Assembly (NCBI GenBank): GCA_027492205.1
Contig: JAOZFN010000007.1
Coordinates: 11,978 to 75,977, forward strand
DNA: 64,000 nucleotides
Origin: Thermoproteota archaeon
GTDB taxonomy: Archaea > Korarchaeota > Korarchaeia > Korarchaeales > Korarchaeaceae
Direction of reading: 5' to 3'
Numbering within the stretch: position 1 is the stretch's first letter; the number at the start of each line of letters is the position of its first letter. The position numbers and the translations under genes were made by a program. The notes under the pieces were generated by a model, which was given only the letters and a program-made list of their open reading frames with translations, did not search any database and had not been told where the DNA came from. Positions 19,411 to 28,503 of the stretch are shown in pieces.

Positions 19411-20574
19411 TCACCACCCCACGAGTTCGGTTATCAGCCTGGCGACCGCCGAAGCGGCGGCTGTGGGAGATATCGCGACCAGGCTGGCCGCCACCGCCGG
19501 GCTCAAAAGCTTGGCTGCCGCCCCTCCCTGCAGGTCGACGTGAAAGCTCTCTCTGAGGATCTCCTCTCTGCCCTTCAAGAGCTGGAACAACTTTTCGATT
19601 CCCCTCGGACTCAGTCGCTCTAGATAGGAGCGGGCAGAGAGGGAGAGGGCCACTTCTCTCTTGAACTTCCCCCACCAGCGTCTCTGGTAGGCCATCACGG
19701 ACCCGCGGCCATCCAGCTCGTCTAGAATGGCTTCAGCGGCCATTCTGGCAGCAGAGACCCCCCAGTAAATCCCGCCCCGGCTCAGCGGCTTGACCTGGCC
19801 GGCCGCGTCCCCGACCAGGACGACCCAAGAGTCGCCAAACCTGACCACGAGTCTCCTGAGCGGCCTTCTCGGGATGAGCCCTCCCCTGACCTCTCCTCGG
19901 GGACACCTCGCGTGCGATTTGGCCCAGTCCACCACGGGATCTCCCAGGCGACCGAGGGCCCCGGCCATGAGGCCGCCCGGCCCGGGGTGTATCCACGAGA
20001 ACCTGGACCCTCCCCTCAGGCGAACCTCGTATCCGTCCATGTCCCCGTCAGAGCACCTGACGTTGACTCCCAGCTCGATCCCCGGATTGCTGAGCCCCAG
20101 GATGCCCCTTACCGTGGAGTTCGCTCCATCGGCGGAGATCAGGTAGTCGAAGCGAACTTCTAACCTCGCACCACCCCTCTTGGCGACGGCAAGTCCCGGA
20201 GACAACCCAATCAACTTCGAGCCGGTCAGCAGGACAGCCCCCGCATCCTCGGCCCTCCGAGCCAGATCCCGGTTCAGCGCCTCCCTGTCCACCACCCTGG
20301 CGAGGCCCCGGCCCTCCACTTCCAGCCGTGAGCCCAGGGGCGAGATGAATCGCGCCCACTCTATGCGGCCCACGACCCAGTCCTGACGCCTGATGGGGAG
20401 GACCTCCCATGCTAGCGGGCCTAGAATGCCCGAGCACGCCGTCTTAAGGCCCGGTAGAGACTTGGCCTCCAGAGTGATCACGTCAACGCCTGCCTCCGCC
20501 AACACGCCCGCGGCGGAGGAGCCCGCCGGGCCCGCCCCCACGATCAGGACGCTAGTCCTCAGCCTGCTCGACAA
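19411..20574 (-). CDS. Geranylgeranyl reductase family FAD oxidoreductase
   Basis: GAGPAG, ACSG, ADGANS, VGDAAGQVKPLSRGGI. Confidence 0.85.
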   Translation of the reverse strand: MSSRLRTSVLIVGAGPAGSSAAGVLAEAGVDVITLEAKSLPGLKTACSGILGPLAWEVLPIRRQDWVVGRIEWARFISPLGSRLEVEGRGLARVVDREALNRDLARRAEDAGAVLLTGSKLIGLSPGLAVAKRGGARLEVRFDYLISADGANSTVRGILGLSNPGIELGVNVRCSDGDMDGYEVRLRGGSRFSWIHPGPGGLMAGALGRLGDPVVDWAKSHARCPRGEVRGGLIPRRPLRRLVVRFGDSWVVLVGDAAGQVKPLSRGGIYWGVSAARMAAEAILDELDGRGSVMAYQRRWWGKFKREVALSLSARSYLERLSPRGIEKLFQLLKGREEILRESFHVDLQGGAAAKLLSPAVAASLVAISPTAAASAVARLITELVGW

Positions 20575-20803
20575 TTCTCCGCAGCGCCTCCTCGGAGATG
20601 GGCCCCTGGTGGACGAGCTTACCGTCGATCAGGAGGGCGGGAAGGAGCTTCACTCCCGCCCGCAGGGCCATCCTCTGACCCTCCATCGTCCTCACCGAGA
20701 CCTCCTCGTACTCCAGCCCCCTCTCCAGGCAGAATCTGCTGACGAACCTGGCGGCCTCGAGCGAGGAGTCGCACAGCGGGGAGACCAGGAGGGTTACCTT
20801 CAA
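20552..20803 (-). CDS. Small thioredoxin/glutaredoxin-fold protein (CxxS)
   Basis: SPLCDSS; LPALLIDGK cis-Pro loop. Confidence 0.7.
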   Translation of the reverse strand: MKVTLLVSPLCDSSLEAARFVSRFCLERGLEYEEVSVRTMEGQRMALRAGVKLLPALLIDGKLVHQGPISEEALRRIVEQAED

Positions 20804-20832
20804 AACGGGTCACCGGCCCCCTTGGGGTAACG

Positions 20833-21501
20833 CTACTGGCTCCAAGGTGCCCTGACGAACTTGTACCTTATCGGGCGACCCTCTATTCTCTTCACATATC
20901 CCTGGGCCTCCAGCCTCTTCAGGTAATCCCTCGCAGTCGGGTCCGCAACGCCCAAGAAGCTGGCCACCTCCACGCTGGTCTTTGGACCCTGAACCTCCAG
21001 GAACCTCAGAGCCCTCAGCCCCTTGTCCCTCTTCGTCAATTCGTTTATCAGCTTCTGCACGATCTCAGACTCGACCTCGGCGCCCACCCTCTTTCTGGCC
21101 TCGAGTTCGGAGGCCATCTCGATGAGTTCCTCCATCCTGCTGACCAGCTCCTCCACGACCTCCCCGCCGGTCCACCTGAACATGCCCTCGACCAGCTCGG
21201 GTATCAGCTTCACGAGGTCCGTGAGCATCGTGCTGTAGGTGTCGTCAAACACGGCCGCAAGGTCCTCACCGCGCTCATCTCCGCAGCCGTCCAGCGTCAG
21301 CCTCAGCCCGTTCAGAAAGATCTCCCTATAGTGCTCCTTCTTGAGGTTCATGTGTTCGATGACCTTCCTCGAGAGGACCCCACTCAGCTCAGAGGCAAAC
21401 TCCTTCCTCAGCCTGTCTAGGTCGCCTAGGTACCTCTGCCTAAACTCCCTTTCAACCTCTTCCTTGATCTCCCTGAAGGAGTCCTCTCCCGGGCGTTCCA
21501 T
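20833..21501 (-). CDS. Coiled-coil plus C-terminal winged-HTH protein
   Basis: SVEVASFLGVADPTARDYLKRLEAQGYV. Confidence 0.75.
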   Translation of the reverse strand: MERPGEDSFREIKEEVEREFRQRYLGDLDRLRKEFASELSGVLSRKVIEHMNLKKEHYREIFLNGLRLTLDGCGDERGEDLAAVFDDTYSTMLTDLVKLIPELVEGMFRWTGGEVVEELVSRMEELIEMASELEARKRVGAEVESEIVQKLINELTKRDKGLRALRFLEVQGPKTSVEVASFLGVADPTARDYLKRLEAQGYVKRIEGRPIRYKFVRAPWSQ

Positions 21502-21570
21502 ACCCTATCCTCCTCTCTTTTTGGCGTGAATAGGCCGGAAGGGCCCAAAATACCCAGGCGGGTCCGATTA

Positions 21571-22464
21571 CTATAAACTTGGGTTGCCGCCGCCACGCCG
21601 CTTCGGTCTAACCTCAACGTCGATCCTGAACTTCCACTTCCGGGGGGAGTAGCTGCCGACCCTCCTCCACCCCAGAACCCTCGCCTTCAGGCCAATCCGA
21701 CTCGCGGCCCCCTCGATAAGCGCGGCGGCCCTCTCCGGAGCGTCCTCCCCGCCCCAGTAGTAGAAGTGGATCACCCCTCCCTCGGGTCGGAGGCACCTTA
21801 GGGCCAGGTCGAGGAACATGTACGCCCCCTTGGGGAGCGGCATGACCACCCTGTCAAACTCCCCAAACATGGAGGGACAAACCTCTCTGACGTCCCCGAG
21901 AATCGCTCGAACTTTCCCCTCCAGCCTGTTGAGCCTGATGTTCTCCTCGAAGTACCTGACGGCGTCCGGGTTTATCTCGACGCCCACCACCTCCCTGACC
22001 CTCGGCTGGGCCCTCGCTATGGCCACCGCGTAGGGGCCCACGCCCGCGAACATGACCAGCACCCGCTCGCCGGGCCTCACCATCGAGGCGACCTCCATCC
22101 TGTCGGTGGCCTCTCTTGGAGAGAAATACACCCTCCTGGGGTCCAGCCTGAGCCGGTACCCGTGCTCCTTGTGGATCACCTCTGTGTTCTCATCCCCCCA
22201 GACCAGCTCGTACTGCCTCAGCCTTTCCTCTCCCTCCCTGGGTCCTCGCTTAATCAGAACCGACTTGACGTGCCTGTGTCTCGAGGAGACTTCCCTCGCG
22301 GCCCCGGCCGGGTCCATCCCCTCGGGGACCTCGATAATCGCGACGGCCCCAGTCTCTCTAGAACCAATCAGGTCATAGGCTATTCGCTCCAAACCCCTTC
22401 TCTCTCCACGCTTCGTGCCGGCGTCGGGCGTGGAGGGCCCCCCGACAGAGTCCACCCGCCCCAC
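21571..22464 (-). CDS. trm5: tRNA m1G37 methyltransferase, Trm5/Taw2 family
   Basis: HKEHG, VYFSPRE, MFAGVGPY, EINPDA, DRVVMPLP. Confidence 0.85.
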   Translation of the reverse strand: MGRVDSVGGPSTPDAGTKRGERRGLERIAYDLIGSRETGAVAIIEVPEGMDPAGAAREVSSRHRHVKSVLIKRGPREGEERLRQYELVWGDENTEVIHKEHGYRLRLDPRRVYFSPREATDRMEVASMVRPGERVLVMFAGVGPYAVAIARAQPRVREVVGVEINPDAVRYFEENIRLNRLEGKVRAILGDVREVCPSMFGEFDRVVMPLPKGAYMFLDLALRCLRPEGGVIHFYYWGGEDAPERAAALIEGAASRIGLKARVLGWRRVGSYSPRKWKFRIDVEVRPKRRGGGNPSL

Positions 22465-22475
22465 TCCCCATGGAC

Positions 22476-23243
22476 CTACCTCAGGCCGTATACCTCCATG
22501 GCGTTCGTGGTCGTTACTTCAGCGAGCTCTGCTGGCTTCATACCCTTCAGCTTGGCCAGGAACTTCGCCGACTTAACCAGGTTTGCCGGCTCGTTTCTCC
22601 CCCTGGAGTCTGGGCTCAGAACCGGAGAGTCGCTCTCTAGGACCATGTACTCAATGGGCGTAGCCTCGGCTACCCTCTGCACGTTGGCGCTCCTTGTTAC
22701 GTTGGTGGCTATGCTCACATACCACCCCCTCTCTACCGCCGTTCTCACGTCCCTCTGAGATCCACCGAAGGCGTGGAGTACAACCCTCGTGGCGCCCTCG
22801 TCCTCTAGGACCCTCAAGACCGGCCTCTGGGCCCACAGGCTGTGCACGACGATGGGCTTGTCTATCTCCTCCGCGAGCCTGATGAACCTCCTGAACACCT
22901 CCTCTTGCCTCTTCCTGACGGACTCCTGCTTGGCTATCCTGTAGTCCATCCCCACCTCTCCCACCGCAACGATGTCCTTCTCGTTCTCCAGGATGAGCCT
23001 CTCAACGGCTTTAATCTCGGTCTCGTCGTCCACGTCCCTGGGGTCGAGGCCCAGAGAGATGTGGACGACGTTGGTTGGGAGGAAGAGCCTAAGGGCCTTC
23101 TCCGCATCCGAGCTGTCCAGCGAGGACGAGACCATTCCGATCACGCCGGCCTTGACGGCCCTGTCGATGACCTCCCACCTGTCGTCGTCGAAGGAGGGGT
23201 CCTCCAAGTGGCAGTGCGCGTCGAACAGCCTCAGCGACGGCAT
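22476..23243 (-). CDS. tatD: TatD family nuclease
   Basis: DAHCH, GEVGMDY, VVHS, LHAF, ESDSP. Confidence 0.92.
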   Translation of the reverse strand: MPSLRLFDAHCHLEDPSFDDDRWEVIDRAVKAGVIGMVSSSLDSSDAEKALRLFLPTNVVHISLGLDPRDVDDETEIKAVERLILENEKDIVAVGEVGMDYRIAKQESVRKRQEEVFRRFIRLAEEIDKPIVVHSLWAQRPVLRVLEDEGATRVVLHAFGGSQRDVRTAVERGWYVSIATNVTRSANVQRVAEATPIEYMVLESDSPVLSPDSRGRNEPANLVKSAKFLAKLKGMKPAELAEVTTTNAMEVYGLR

Positions 23244-23310
23244 CTCGATTTCGCGCACGCGAGGGGTAAATATGTTGCTACCACTCCATCGTCAAGCGGA
23301 CGGCTTAAAC

Positions 23311-24360
23311 TCAGCGAGGTCGGAGGCCCCGGGTCGGGAGAGGGACGACCTCCGACCCCCTACGGATCACCAGGTGCGTCACCTTAGACTCGTGGCAGTC
23401 CACGACGGCAAGTCCCGAGTCGCCTGGCCAGCCCACCAGCGACAACTTCCTCCATCCTCCGGGGGCGCCGGAGGTCCAGAGCGCAACTGGATCCTCTAAC
23501 TCATCTAATGAGGCCTCTCTCAGGATGCGGGTCTTGCCGCCGTGGGCCTCGACCATGAAGGCCCCGCCCCCGGAGACGAGCCAGATTTCCCACCCGGGCG
23601 GAGTGGCTACGGCGGCGGAAATGCCGGAGGGGAATGCCTTCGACGCGTCGTGAACGAAATCCGGCAGTCTGGCCAGCCTGTGCTTCACGAGCTTCACCGC
23701 GTGGGATATCGGGGCGAGGAGGGCCCCGCTCATCCTGGGCATCTTGAGCGCCACCACCTGGCCGCCATCGCCGATCAGAACCGCCGACCTCCCAACCTCA
23801 AGCGCCAGGTGACCGTCGCTGCCGCCCGTCCAGGGGAGGCCGAGCTCGGCGGCCAGCCTCTGAGCTCGCCTATTAGACTCCATCGGGGATCTAGAGTTGG
23901 ACGCCTCCAGGGCGTGTATCCTGTGGGATATCTCCCTAACCGTGGCCGCGCTCATGGCGTTCTTCCTAGTCCAGTCCCCCGGGTGCGGGACGGTGATGAG
24001 ACCTCCGTGCTCCACGATCTCGTCGGCGGTTTCGAGGGGATCCATGTTCTGCCTCACCCAGTCCGAGAGGTTGAGCCCGATGATTTCCCCCCTCGAAGTC
24101 TTGATCTCCTCCCCGGGGATCACCGCTAGTCCGAACCTCTCGGCAGCCCTCCGCACGTCTCCGTAGCCAAGGGTCTCTCCGTGGTCGGTCACGGCCAGGC
24201 CCGCGAGGCCCCTCCTCTTGGCCCACTTCACGATGGACGCGGGTCTTGAGGGAGAGTCCCTCGACCACCTCGTGTGCACGTGGAGGTCGTACCACCCAGG
24301 GGGGACCTTGAGGCCCAGCCTCATCGACCCGGGCGCCTCGATCAAGGGCAGGGTTACCAC
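23311..24360 (-). CDS. PHP-domain phosphoesterase with C-terminal extension
   Basis: DLHVHT, VTDH, GEE, PHP, GGSDGH. Confidence 0.85.
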   Translation of the reverse strand: MVTLPLIEAPGSMRLGLKVPPGWYDLHVHTRWSRDSPSRPASIVKWAKRRGLAGLAVTDHGETLGYGDVRRAAERFGLAVIPGEEIKTSRGEIIGLNLSDWVRQNMDPLETADEIVEHGGLITVPHPGDWTRKNAMSAATVREISHRIHALEASNSRSPMESNRRAQRLAAELGLPWTGGSDGHLALEVGRSAVLIGDGGQVVALKMPRMSGALLAPISHAVKLVKHRLARLPDFVHDASKAFPSGISAAVATPPGWEIWLVSGGGAFMVEAHGGKTRILREASLDELEDPVALWTSGAPGGWRKLSLVGWPGDSGLAVVDCHESKVTHLVIRRGSEVVPLPTRGLRPR

Positions 24361-24668
24361 CCCACTCCGACCCGGTCAGAAGCCCCCAACCCTTCATCCA
24401 GCTCCTCGAGGTCCTCCAGGTCGACATCCTCCAGCTCGAGGTCATCCTCAAGCTCCAGTCCCCCTACCTCGGCCTCAAGTTCCGGGAGCTCAAGCTCTTC
24501 CTCTTCAAACTCGAGTTCCTCCTCTCGGAGTTCAATCAGCCGAACAGAGCCCCCTTCAATAACGACAAAGAGCCGCGCTCCGCAGTCAGGGCACTCCACC
24601 TCGCCCTGAAAGTCGGGGGACCCAACCGGGATCCCGGCCCCGCAGATGGGACACTCGACCTCACGCAT
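24354..24668 (-). CDS. LysW-like zinc-ribbon protein with long acidic tail
   Basis: CPICG...CPDCG followed by ~45 aa Glu/Asp/Leu tract; TATA-like tract upstream (~24692-24703). Confidence 0.75.
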   Translation of the reverse strand: MREVECPICGAGIPVGSPDFQGEVECPDCGARLFVVIEGGSVRLIELREEELEFEEEELELPELEAEVGGLELEDDLELEDVDLEDLEELDEGLGASDRVGVGW

Positions 24669-24699
24669 TTCCGGACCCGCGTCCGATGGTGGTATAAAA

Positions 24700-25641
24700 T
24701 TAACCCCCCGACTCGCCGCCGACCAGCCTGCTCGGGACCCTGCCCCCCAGCTTCTCTACCAGCCTGCAGAACGAGCACACCTCCGTTCTGCTCGGGTAGC
24801 CGCACCTTGAGCACTCTCTGAATCCCTCCATCTTCTCCCCCAGCAGGCCAGCCATTCTCGCCAGCTCCCTCATCGAGTCGACGAAGTTCACGATGCTGGT
24901 GGGCCAGAGCGAGCGGAGATCGTTGAGGAGGGGCTTTACGAGAGCCTGCTTGTCCTGGCCCTCGTGTGGGCACTTAGTGGAGCACCTCGGGGCTCCGGTG
25001 ATCCTCACGTACGTCTCGGCGTCGGCGTCGCTGAGCCAGAAGAGGGGCCTCACCCTCCCGACCAGCTTGAGCTCGGGGATGGGCGGCGTGACCGAGTCGA
25101 GGGATCGAAGGTAGGCAAGGTTGTGGGTGATCATGTTGTTGAGGGCGAAGTAGGCCATGTCGTCCAGGTTGTGTCCCGTCGCGACGTAGTCGTAGCCCGC
25201 CTCGTGGGCCACCCTGTTAAGGACGTACCTCGTAACCGTCCCGCAGACCACGCAGGCGAATGAGGGGTCGTCCGGCACCCTGATGGCGAGGTCGTCCCTC
25301 AGCGAGACGAGGTGCCTGCTGGCCCCGACTTCCGAGACCGCCCTCTCGAACACCTCGACGCACGCCTCGTTGCCCGGCACGCCCACATCTATCATTAGGG
25401 CCCCTATCTCCAGGGAGAACTCGTCGGCCATCTCCGCAAGCGCGTAGAGGGCTGCCACAGAGTCCTTCCCGCCGGAGACACCGACGAGCACCCTCTTGCC
25501 CTTGCCCACCCTCCTGAGGACCCTCCTCACCCTCTTCCTGAAGTACCTCAGGAAGTGCTCGGTGCAGACCCTACCGCCGAGGTTCGGGACGAAGTGCTCC
25601 CCGGGTCTCTCGCAGTACAAGCAGCGCTCGGTCGCCATCAT
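24700..25641 (-). CDS. tRNA thiolation protein, TtuA/Ncs6 family
   Basis: N- and C-terminal Zn fingers; PP-loop SGGKDS; CxxC; GHNLDD. Confidence 0.88.
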   Translation of the reverse strand: MMATERCLYCERPGEHFVPNLGGRVCTEHFLRYFRKRVRRVLRRVGKGKRVLVGVSGGKDSVAALYALAEMADEFSLEIGALMIDVGVPGNEACVEVFERAVSEVGASRHLVSLRDDLAIRVPDDPSFACVVCGTVTRYVLNRVAHEAGYDYVATGHNLDDMAYFALNNMITHNLAYLRSLDSVTPPIPELKLVGRVRPLFWLSDADAETYVRITGAPRCSTKCPHEGQDKQALVKPLLNDLRSLWPTSIVNFVDSMRELARMAGLLGEKMEGFRECSRCGYPSRTEVCSFCRLVEKLGGRVPSRLVGGESGG

Positions 25642-25689
25642 GGGCGGCCGCTGCCACCTCTAATTAACTGAGGTCGTCCCGCTCGGCGA

Positions 25690-26604
25690 CTAAGCCAGCC
25701 TCAGGAGCTTTGCGATCAGCGTCTTTAGGGCCCCTACGATAATGACCCGGGCCACCTTCCCGCTGGGGGCTATCCAATCCTCGGAACTGGCATCTTCGTC
25801 CATCTCAACGTTTAGCCCCTTGAACAGCACGACGGGTATGCCCTCGTCGGCCTGCCCCATGAGCAGGGCCGCCGCGGCCGCGAGCTCGTCGGCCACGGAG
25901 TCGTCTCCCCCGAACTTTGGCCTTCCAAAGTAGTCCCTGGCCCCAAACCTCCTGCGGATCGGAAAGACGTTGGCGACCCCCACCGCCACGTCGATGGAGC
26001 CGATCTTCATGGGCTGGAACTCCGTGTCGGAGATCACGATCCCCACCCTGGCGCCCGTGAGTTCCCTTATGCGGTCGGCTATCTCTCGGGCCTCCTCATC
26101 CGGATCTGGCGGCAGCAGGCAGACGTGGCCCTCGGGGCAGTTGGAGTAGTCCATCCCAGCGTCGATGAGGGTCAGCCCCCTGGCTCTCATGAGCAGGACG
26201 TCCCCGGCAGACTCCACCATCTTCCTGGCTTCTTCGGGGTCAACCGCGAACCTCTCCGGGAAGCCCGTCCCCCTGGCGGCCTTGGAGAAGGGCATGATGA
26301 ACGCGAGGCTTCCCCTCTCCCTGATCAGCTCGACCTCCCAGGGCTCTCGGCCTGTCAGCCACGCCAACAGCTTGCTCCTGATACTCGGCTTGACCTCCCC
26401 CGGCATCGCGACGTATCCCTTGGCGCGAGAGATCACCTTGCTCGCCACCACGAGCACATCTCCGTCCTCGAGTCTCTCTCCAACCTCACCTGCGGCCTGG
26501 ACGATGAGCTCGGCCAGGTCATCTCCCTGCAAAACCCGAGGGAGTCTGAGCCCGATCATCCTGACATCCGCGGGGTGGGGATCCTCCTTGGAGGGAGATC
26601 TCAT
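25690..26604 (-). CDS. CofE-like (F420:gamma-glutamyl ligase family) protein, paralog 1
   Basis: GDDL, DGDVLVVASK, AGMDYSN, LPPDPD, ISDT, VADELAAAAALLMGQ. Confidence 0.85.
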   Translation of the reverse strand: MRSPSKEDPHPADVRMIGLRLPRVLQGDDLAELIVQAAGEVGERLEDGDVLVVASKVISRAKGYVAMPGEVKPSIRSKLLAWLTGREPWEVELIRERGSLAFIMPFSKAARGTGFPERFAVDPEEARKMVESAGDVLLMRARGLTLIDAGMDYSNCPEGHVCLLPPDPDEEAREIADRIRELTGARVGIVISDTEFQPMKIGSIDVAVGVANVFPIRRRFGARDYFGRPKFGGDDSVADELAAAAALLMGQADEGIPVVLFKGLNVEMDEDASSEDWIAPSGKVARVIIVGALKTLIAKLLRLA

Positions 26605-26764
26605 TAGGCGACGCGCTCTCGGCTCGGAATTTAATCTGACCGCGGCGTTTTTCCGGACAGGAGGGGTGAACGTAACAGCGGCCGGGTTCGAAAGCCTAAC
26701 CGACCTATCACTTTTATGGGGGGGCCTCGGGTGCCCGCAAAAGAAACCGTAGACGGGTGTTTAG

Positions 26765-28186
26765 GTGTTGAACGAGGAGGGTAGGGGCCTGCGGCTCTCA
26801 GTTCAGGAGGCCCTCGCTGCCATCTGGATAGCCCTGGGGGCCATCGTCGTCGCCGCCACATCTCGCCAGTGGAGCTTCCGCCCCCTCACCCAGGCGGAGT
26901 TCCTCCTGAGGTTCATCGGCCTCCTAGGGGCAATGGCCTTCACTTCGCTCCTCTACACGGCCTGGAAGTCGAAGGTCGAGGCGCTACTGTCGGGGCACTG
27001 GAGGGGGGTCCTGGCGGGCCTGAGCGTGATGGTGATGTTCGGCTGGCTCGACGTGATAGAGACGGTCTTCGAGGTCCCGCCCATCTTGCACTTCTACAAG
27101 CTCGGGTGCACGGTGCTGGCAACGTTCGTGGCTGGCTGGAGCCTCACGAGCTACCTGACCGACCTAACGAGTGGGCTCACAGCCAAGAGGGCGATCCCGC
27201 GGGTGGACCCCCTGCTGGTGCTCGTCGGCTGGCTCGCACTCTTGACCGCAGTGGTTATCGCCCAGAGGCCGTGGGAGTGGCCGACGATGCCCGAACCCAA
27301 GCTGGGGGAGGTCCCGTTCGACATAATCAACCTGGCGTTTGACGCCGTCCTGGGCACGAGGCTCCTGCTGGAGTCGAGGAGGTCCGGCTATCCGGCCAGG
27401 TGGCTCCTGAGGTGCGGCTCCGCCGCCCTGTACCTGGGGGCCGCCGCCAGCGTCTTCACCACGCTGGACGACACGCTGATCATCCCCCGCATCGTGAGAA
27501 TCGTCGGGGTGAGCGGGAGCGCCGCCGTGGCCCTGGGATTTGCGCTGGCCCTGGTCGCCTACTACCTGTACGGCACGACGGCCCTCAGGCCCACGCTCCC
27601 CGGAGTTGCCGGGCACTTAGGCCTGCCGGAGGTGGGGCCAATCAGGTCCAGGCGACCGGACGAGTGGAGCCGCCTGGGGACGTTCTCCGGGAGGGTCATC
27701 CTGTTCGAGGTCTCCACGATGAGGGGCTACGCCGATGCGCTCGAGGACCTGGCCTCCCACCTGAAGTCTAAGGGATACAGGATCGTGCTGATAGGGAGGA
27801 GGTCGTCCCCCGCGGCCCCCAAGATTGCCAAGCACGCCTCTCTCACCCTCTACGTCTCCGCCGGCAGGATGGGACCGCCCAAGCAGGTCGGGGTGGGGGA
27901 ATTCGAGATAGGGGCGGATCCGGCCGTAATCCTGGGGATGATATCCAGGGCCAGGGAGGAGGGCGACAGGCTGGCAGCGATCGTCGAGGACACCACCGGT
28001 CTGCTGGTTCTCCTGGGCGGAGAAAGCACATACCGGCTCCTCAGGGCGATGATCGACCAGCTGGCCGCTCACGATTCCGTGGTGGTGATGGTCCTGCCGC
28101 CGGAGGCCCACGACCCGAAGCTTGTCAACCTGCTGAGGAGCCTCGCCACGAACATAATCGACCTGACCGAGGGGGTGGAGGCGTGA
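26765..28186 (+). CDS. Multi-TM membrane protein with C-terminal DUF835-like (inactive KaiC/RecA-fold) domain, paralog 1
   Basis: ~8 TM then alpha/beta domain ending AHDPKLVNLLRSLATNIIDL; no Walker A. Confidence 0.75.
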   Translation: MLNEEGRGLRLSVQEALAAIWIALGAIVVAATSRQWSFRPLTQAEFLLRFIGLLGAMAFTSLLYTAWKSKVEALLSGHWRGVLAGLSVMVMFGWLDVIETVFEVPPILHFYKLGCTVLATFVAGWSLTSYLTDLTSGLTAKRAIPRVDPLLVLVGWLALLTAVVIAQRPWEWPTMPEPKLGEVPFDIINLAFDAVLGTRLLLESRRSGYPARWLLRCGSAALYLGAAASVFTTLDDTLIIPRIVRIVGVSGSAAVALGFALALVAYYLYGTTALRPTLPGVAGHLGLPEVGPIRSRRPDEWSRLGTFSGRVILFEVSTMRGYADALEDLASHLKSKGYRIVLIGRRSSPAAPKIAKHASLTLYVSAGRMGPPKQVGVGEFEIGADPAVILGMISRAREEGDRLAAIVEDTTGLLVLLGGESTYRLLRAMIDQLAAHDSVVVMVLPPEAHDPKLVNLLRSLATNIIDLTEGVEA

Positions 28187-28460
28187 TCGCCCCGGGGGCG
28201 AAGGCCTCTATCCAGTCCGGCTCGCCTGGCCATTCGATCGTTGGGTAGGCCCTAAGCGTGACCTCAGCGTAGTTTTAGGGACTTTCCTCACGCTGACTCT
28301 ATCGGCGGCCTTCCTGGCGATGATGGTCGTCTGAGAAGTCTTCAACCCGGCTGAGAGCCTCAGGGTTGCCGAGATGCTTGCTGGAGACCTCGCTCCGGGG
28401 CTCGTTGCCCTTAGGTCGGCGTGCCTGTCGCATCTAATCGCCCGGAGAATGGCCCAAGCG

Positions 28461-28500
28461 AGAAGATAAGAAAGAAGAGAGCCCGAAAACGGGCAGAAAA
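28461..28500 (-). terminator. Pyrimidine/oligo-T terminator after tRNA-Trp
   Basis: TTTTCTGCCCGTTTTCGGGCTCTCTTCTTTCTT just 3' of CCA. Confidence 0.6.
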
Positions 28501-28503
28501 GCG

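Noticed and set aside
20552-20803. Selenocysteine or readthrough in the thioredoxin-like protein
   Set aside because: There is no in-frame TGA; it is simply a CxxS variant.
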